From assembly GCF_000281045.1 (NCBI RefSeq), contig NW_008246071.1, forward strand, positions 695,315 to 759,314: a DNA stretch of 64,000 nt, given 5' to 3'. The notes under the pieces were generated by a model, which worked only from the letters and a program-made list of their open reading frames with translations, did no database searches and had not been told where the DNA came from. The stretch is from Saprolegnia diclina VS20. Taxonomy: Eukaryota. Positions 61,285 to 64,000 of the stretch are shown here, piece after piece (position 1 is the stretch's first letter; every line of letters starts with the position of its first letter). The position numbers and the translations under genes were made by a program.

Positions 61285-62220
61285 TCAGAGAAACGAAGCA
61301 TGGGCGTCCGACAACAGAGTCGACCGCCGATACTGCGGCTCCGGGCGTCGCATCTCGCAATCGAGCATCGATCGCCGGATGGCTTCGAGGATCAAGAGCT
61401 CTTCCATGCGCGCCAGCGAGGCAGCGTCATTTCGACTCGGCGTTGGCGCTCGCCGCACGACGGCCACGTGCTGCCCAAGATCCGACTCGCGGATTTGCGC
61501 GGCCACCTCGGCTTGAAGACGCTGCCGGTCTTCTACCGATGCAAAGTGGACTTCGACCTCGTTCGTTGCCGACGCCTCCGAGCTGCTTATGTCGGTGCAG
61601 TCCGAGTCGCCGTGCTGCCATTTGGCTCCCTATCCGTCATTTGTCGTTCGCTGTGTCGAGACGTCGTCGATTGTACCTGCAATCGACCGGATGCACCAAT
61701 GGCGAAGTGCGTCTTGAAGTTGTCGTCGTTGCAAAACGGGCAGCTACGCGTCGAGTGAGCGTCGCCAATCGTTTTGTCATCAGCGGTCGTACCTCACCAC
61801 CTTGTTGGGCGGCTTGGTCTGCAGGACGCACTCTACGTGGTCGTGAGCCACCCGGTTTCCATCCTTGCCGAATGTACCCGAGCATATCGCTTGCTTGCAG
61901 CATGTGCTTTGGTTCAACGTGCTCGGGTAGTGCTACGCATCATGAGGCCAAGGCGTCGCGAAAGCAACTGTACGAGGAAGCAAATGGGACACTCGTACGA
62001 GCCGGATTGGTGCGCGTCGCTGCCCGGGTACCGTGGCGCCAGCTTGCGCTCGAGGATCATCTTGCGCACGACCTTGTGGTCCCATGGGCACGACTTGTAG
62101 AGGCTAGCCATAGGCCATCATTGCATCAAGAGCGAAGGAAGCTGCGGCCACGTACCCCGTCGGCCGCGTGTAGCGTTCGAGCTCCTTGCTCTGGCGGGTC
62201 TTGCCGGCGCTGTTGCCCAT
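61285..62220 (-). CDS. Sip5-like RING/Zn-finger protein with myristoylation-type N-terminus and C-terminal UIM-like helix, multi-exon
   Basis: Spliced 'MGNSAGKTRQSKELERYTRPTG/LYKSCPWDHKVVRKMILERKLAPRYPG...ECPICFL/HYPSTLNQSTCCKQAICS...CPFC'; C-terminal 'EELLILEAIRRSMLD'. Confidence 0.8.
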
Positions 62221-62884
62221 GGGTCTTCTCTCGCTCCGTCGGTCAAACGAATTCTGAGTGAAGAAGTCGGCAAGATACCGGGTTTAAACGTCCTGTCTGG
62301 GTGGATTCTATATTTCCAAATTGTAGCCAATCACAGCACGTCGCAGCGCGTGATTGGTCCATTTGGCTCTGCGCGATCCGCACGCGAAGACGAAGAGGAC
62401 GACTTGACGTACTGTACGAAGCGACACCGCGTCCGTCGACGCACGAGCAGATCGTAGCTGCAATTGTCGTTCGATCGCGTTATAACTTGCATCCTAACAC
62501 TCGAATGAGGGCGGCGTGCGCGCAATTCCCCGCACATTTCTCACCATGGTACTCCTTGAACCCGCAGTCGAAAGCTACCAGTACCACGACAATGCGATCT
62601 TGCCCGTGGTGTTCTCCATATGCCAAGGACACGAAGCTCAGAGTACAATACTAGTAGCAAGCGGTCCCTTAGCGAGTGTACTCTTGACAAAGTCGGCGCG
62701 ATATATATATCTGACGATCTGTCTCCTCCTGCACGCCCAGTGCTTGGGGTGTTTGCCGTTCTTTCTCATTGCCGTTCATCGCATTCTTCCACGTGTTGCA
62801 GCCTTTCTAGATGGTCCAATCCGGCGCCAGTTCTATTTTTCCAGCCAATCACAATGTTGACTGGTGGATTCTTCGTCTTAGATC

Positions 62885-63958
62885 TTAGTGCGACCGACCA
62901 ACTTGAATTTCCAAGTCGCTGTACTCGACGTATGGAAGGTCTTTGGACCGCCAGAGACGGTCTTCAGAGGTCCACGGCTCACGCCCCGCAATCTTGTCGC
63001 CGATGCGGTGCTGCACCAAGTAGTCGCTCACGTGCTTGCCAACCATCGACGCGCAAGCTTCATTCTGGACGAGCGACTTGCGGACGCGAAACGACGTTGC
63101 ACGCTCGAGCTCACAGGTCAAGACGCCCATGTCCTCGACAACGATCGCGGTTTTGGACCACCTAGAAAAGCGTAAGATTGCATCGTCCATTTTCGCAGAG
63201 TACTTTGCGCCGAGATGCTTCATGAGCATTTCGGTTTGGTTGGGGCGACACACGGCGATGCAGCCAAAGCCCTCGTCGCGGAGGGCCGTGTGGCTCAGCT
63301 TGACGATCGTGTTCACGCCGCAAACGTACAAGACGCGAAATTTGTAGGCTGGAAATTGGGCTTCGCAGATCTAGAAAGCAACTCACATTTACATTCCACA
63401 CGTGGCGACCGTCATACAACCTCGCGCACGTGCGTAAGAGTGCTGAGGTAGTCGAGCACGCGACGCCGTGTAATCTACGCTCGTATTGAAAACTGACAAA
63501 AAGACAGAGAAAACACAACCTCCCACTTGTCGACTTCGATCCACGATGACGTGGCAGTCGCAGCTTCAAGCATTCCCAACCGGTGGGACTTCGGAATCAT
63601 TTCGCGCGGTTTGCGGCGGTTCTTGGTGCGCACTGCAATATGGTCATTTGATGTATCGACAATAATGTCGTTCCTACCGTACGTATCGTGGCACGGGGAA
63701 ATGATGGCGCCCACAACCGGAAACTTGTAGTTGCTCTCAATGTGCTAAGTGTCGGATGAGCAAACGTAAACAAGCGGCCTGTACTTGGCGGGCGACGTAA
63801 AATGCGCGCAAGTGGAGCATGTGCACGGGGTTGTACGCGCCGCTGGAGACGAGGACGACAACTTCTTGGTCCTTTGCAGTTCCCGCGAGTGCCTGCGCGA
63901 TCTTGGCTAGTGGGTACGGCACCTCGGACGCGTTGAACGACGGCGGCGCCGCCATCAT
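62885..63958 (-). CDS. NMNAT: Nicotinamide/nicotinate mononucleotide adenylyltransferase-like (cytidylyltransferase fold), multi-exon
   Basis: 'VVLVSSGAYNPVHMLHL' (HxxH), 'VVGAIISPCHDTY', 'IPKSHRLGMLEAATATSSWIEVDKWE', 'LYVCG', 'VSDYLVQHRI'. Confidence 0.8.
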
Positions 63959-64000
63959 AAACTACTCGGCCGAGATGAGCTCGAAGCCAGTACGATTGTG

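Overview
Gene-dense, GC-rich eukaryotic DNA with very short (~40-55 nt) GT-AG introns. It is almost certainly an oomycete, most likely Saprolegniales such as Saprolegnia; this is inferred from the MIT-domain chitin synthase, the intron size and the compaction. About 17 protein-coding genes are present, with one 400-N assembly gap. In order: partial FGGY sugar kinase, MIT-chitin synthase, a double DH-PH-FYVE RhoGEF, a ~30.4 kb six-exon gene for a ~10,070-aa secreted protein, DHHC palmitoyltransferase, SENP8, a Zn-ribbon hypothetical, UDP-glucose pyrophosphorylase, PDE12, TRM10, a TMEM185-like protein, a Cys-motif hypothetical, THOC1, SPC25, RBM48, a Sip5-like RING protein and an NMNAT-like protein. 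The standout is the giant protein. It has ~22 FN3, ~8-9 filamin and 3 PA14 domains, plus ~40 copies of an unnamed 'EVQ..GGTFTLTF..YNA.A..VQ.AL..L...W.VTF' module. These modules are inserted inside FN3 and filamin domains and nested within each other, and there are two further small beta-module families resembling phage tail-protein parts. No tRNA, rRNA, CRISPR or transposon could be supported. Exon boundaries and domain counts were made by eye and need confirmation.
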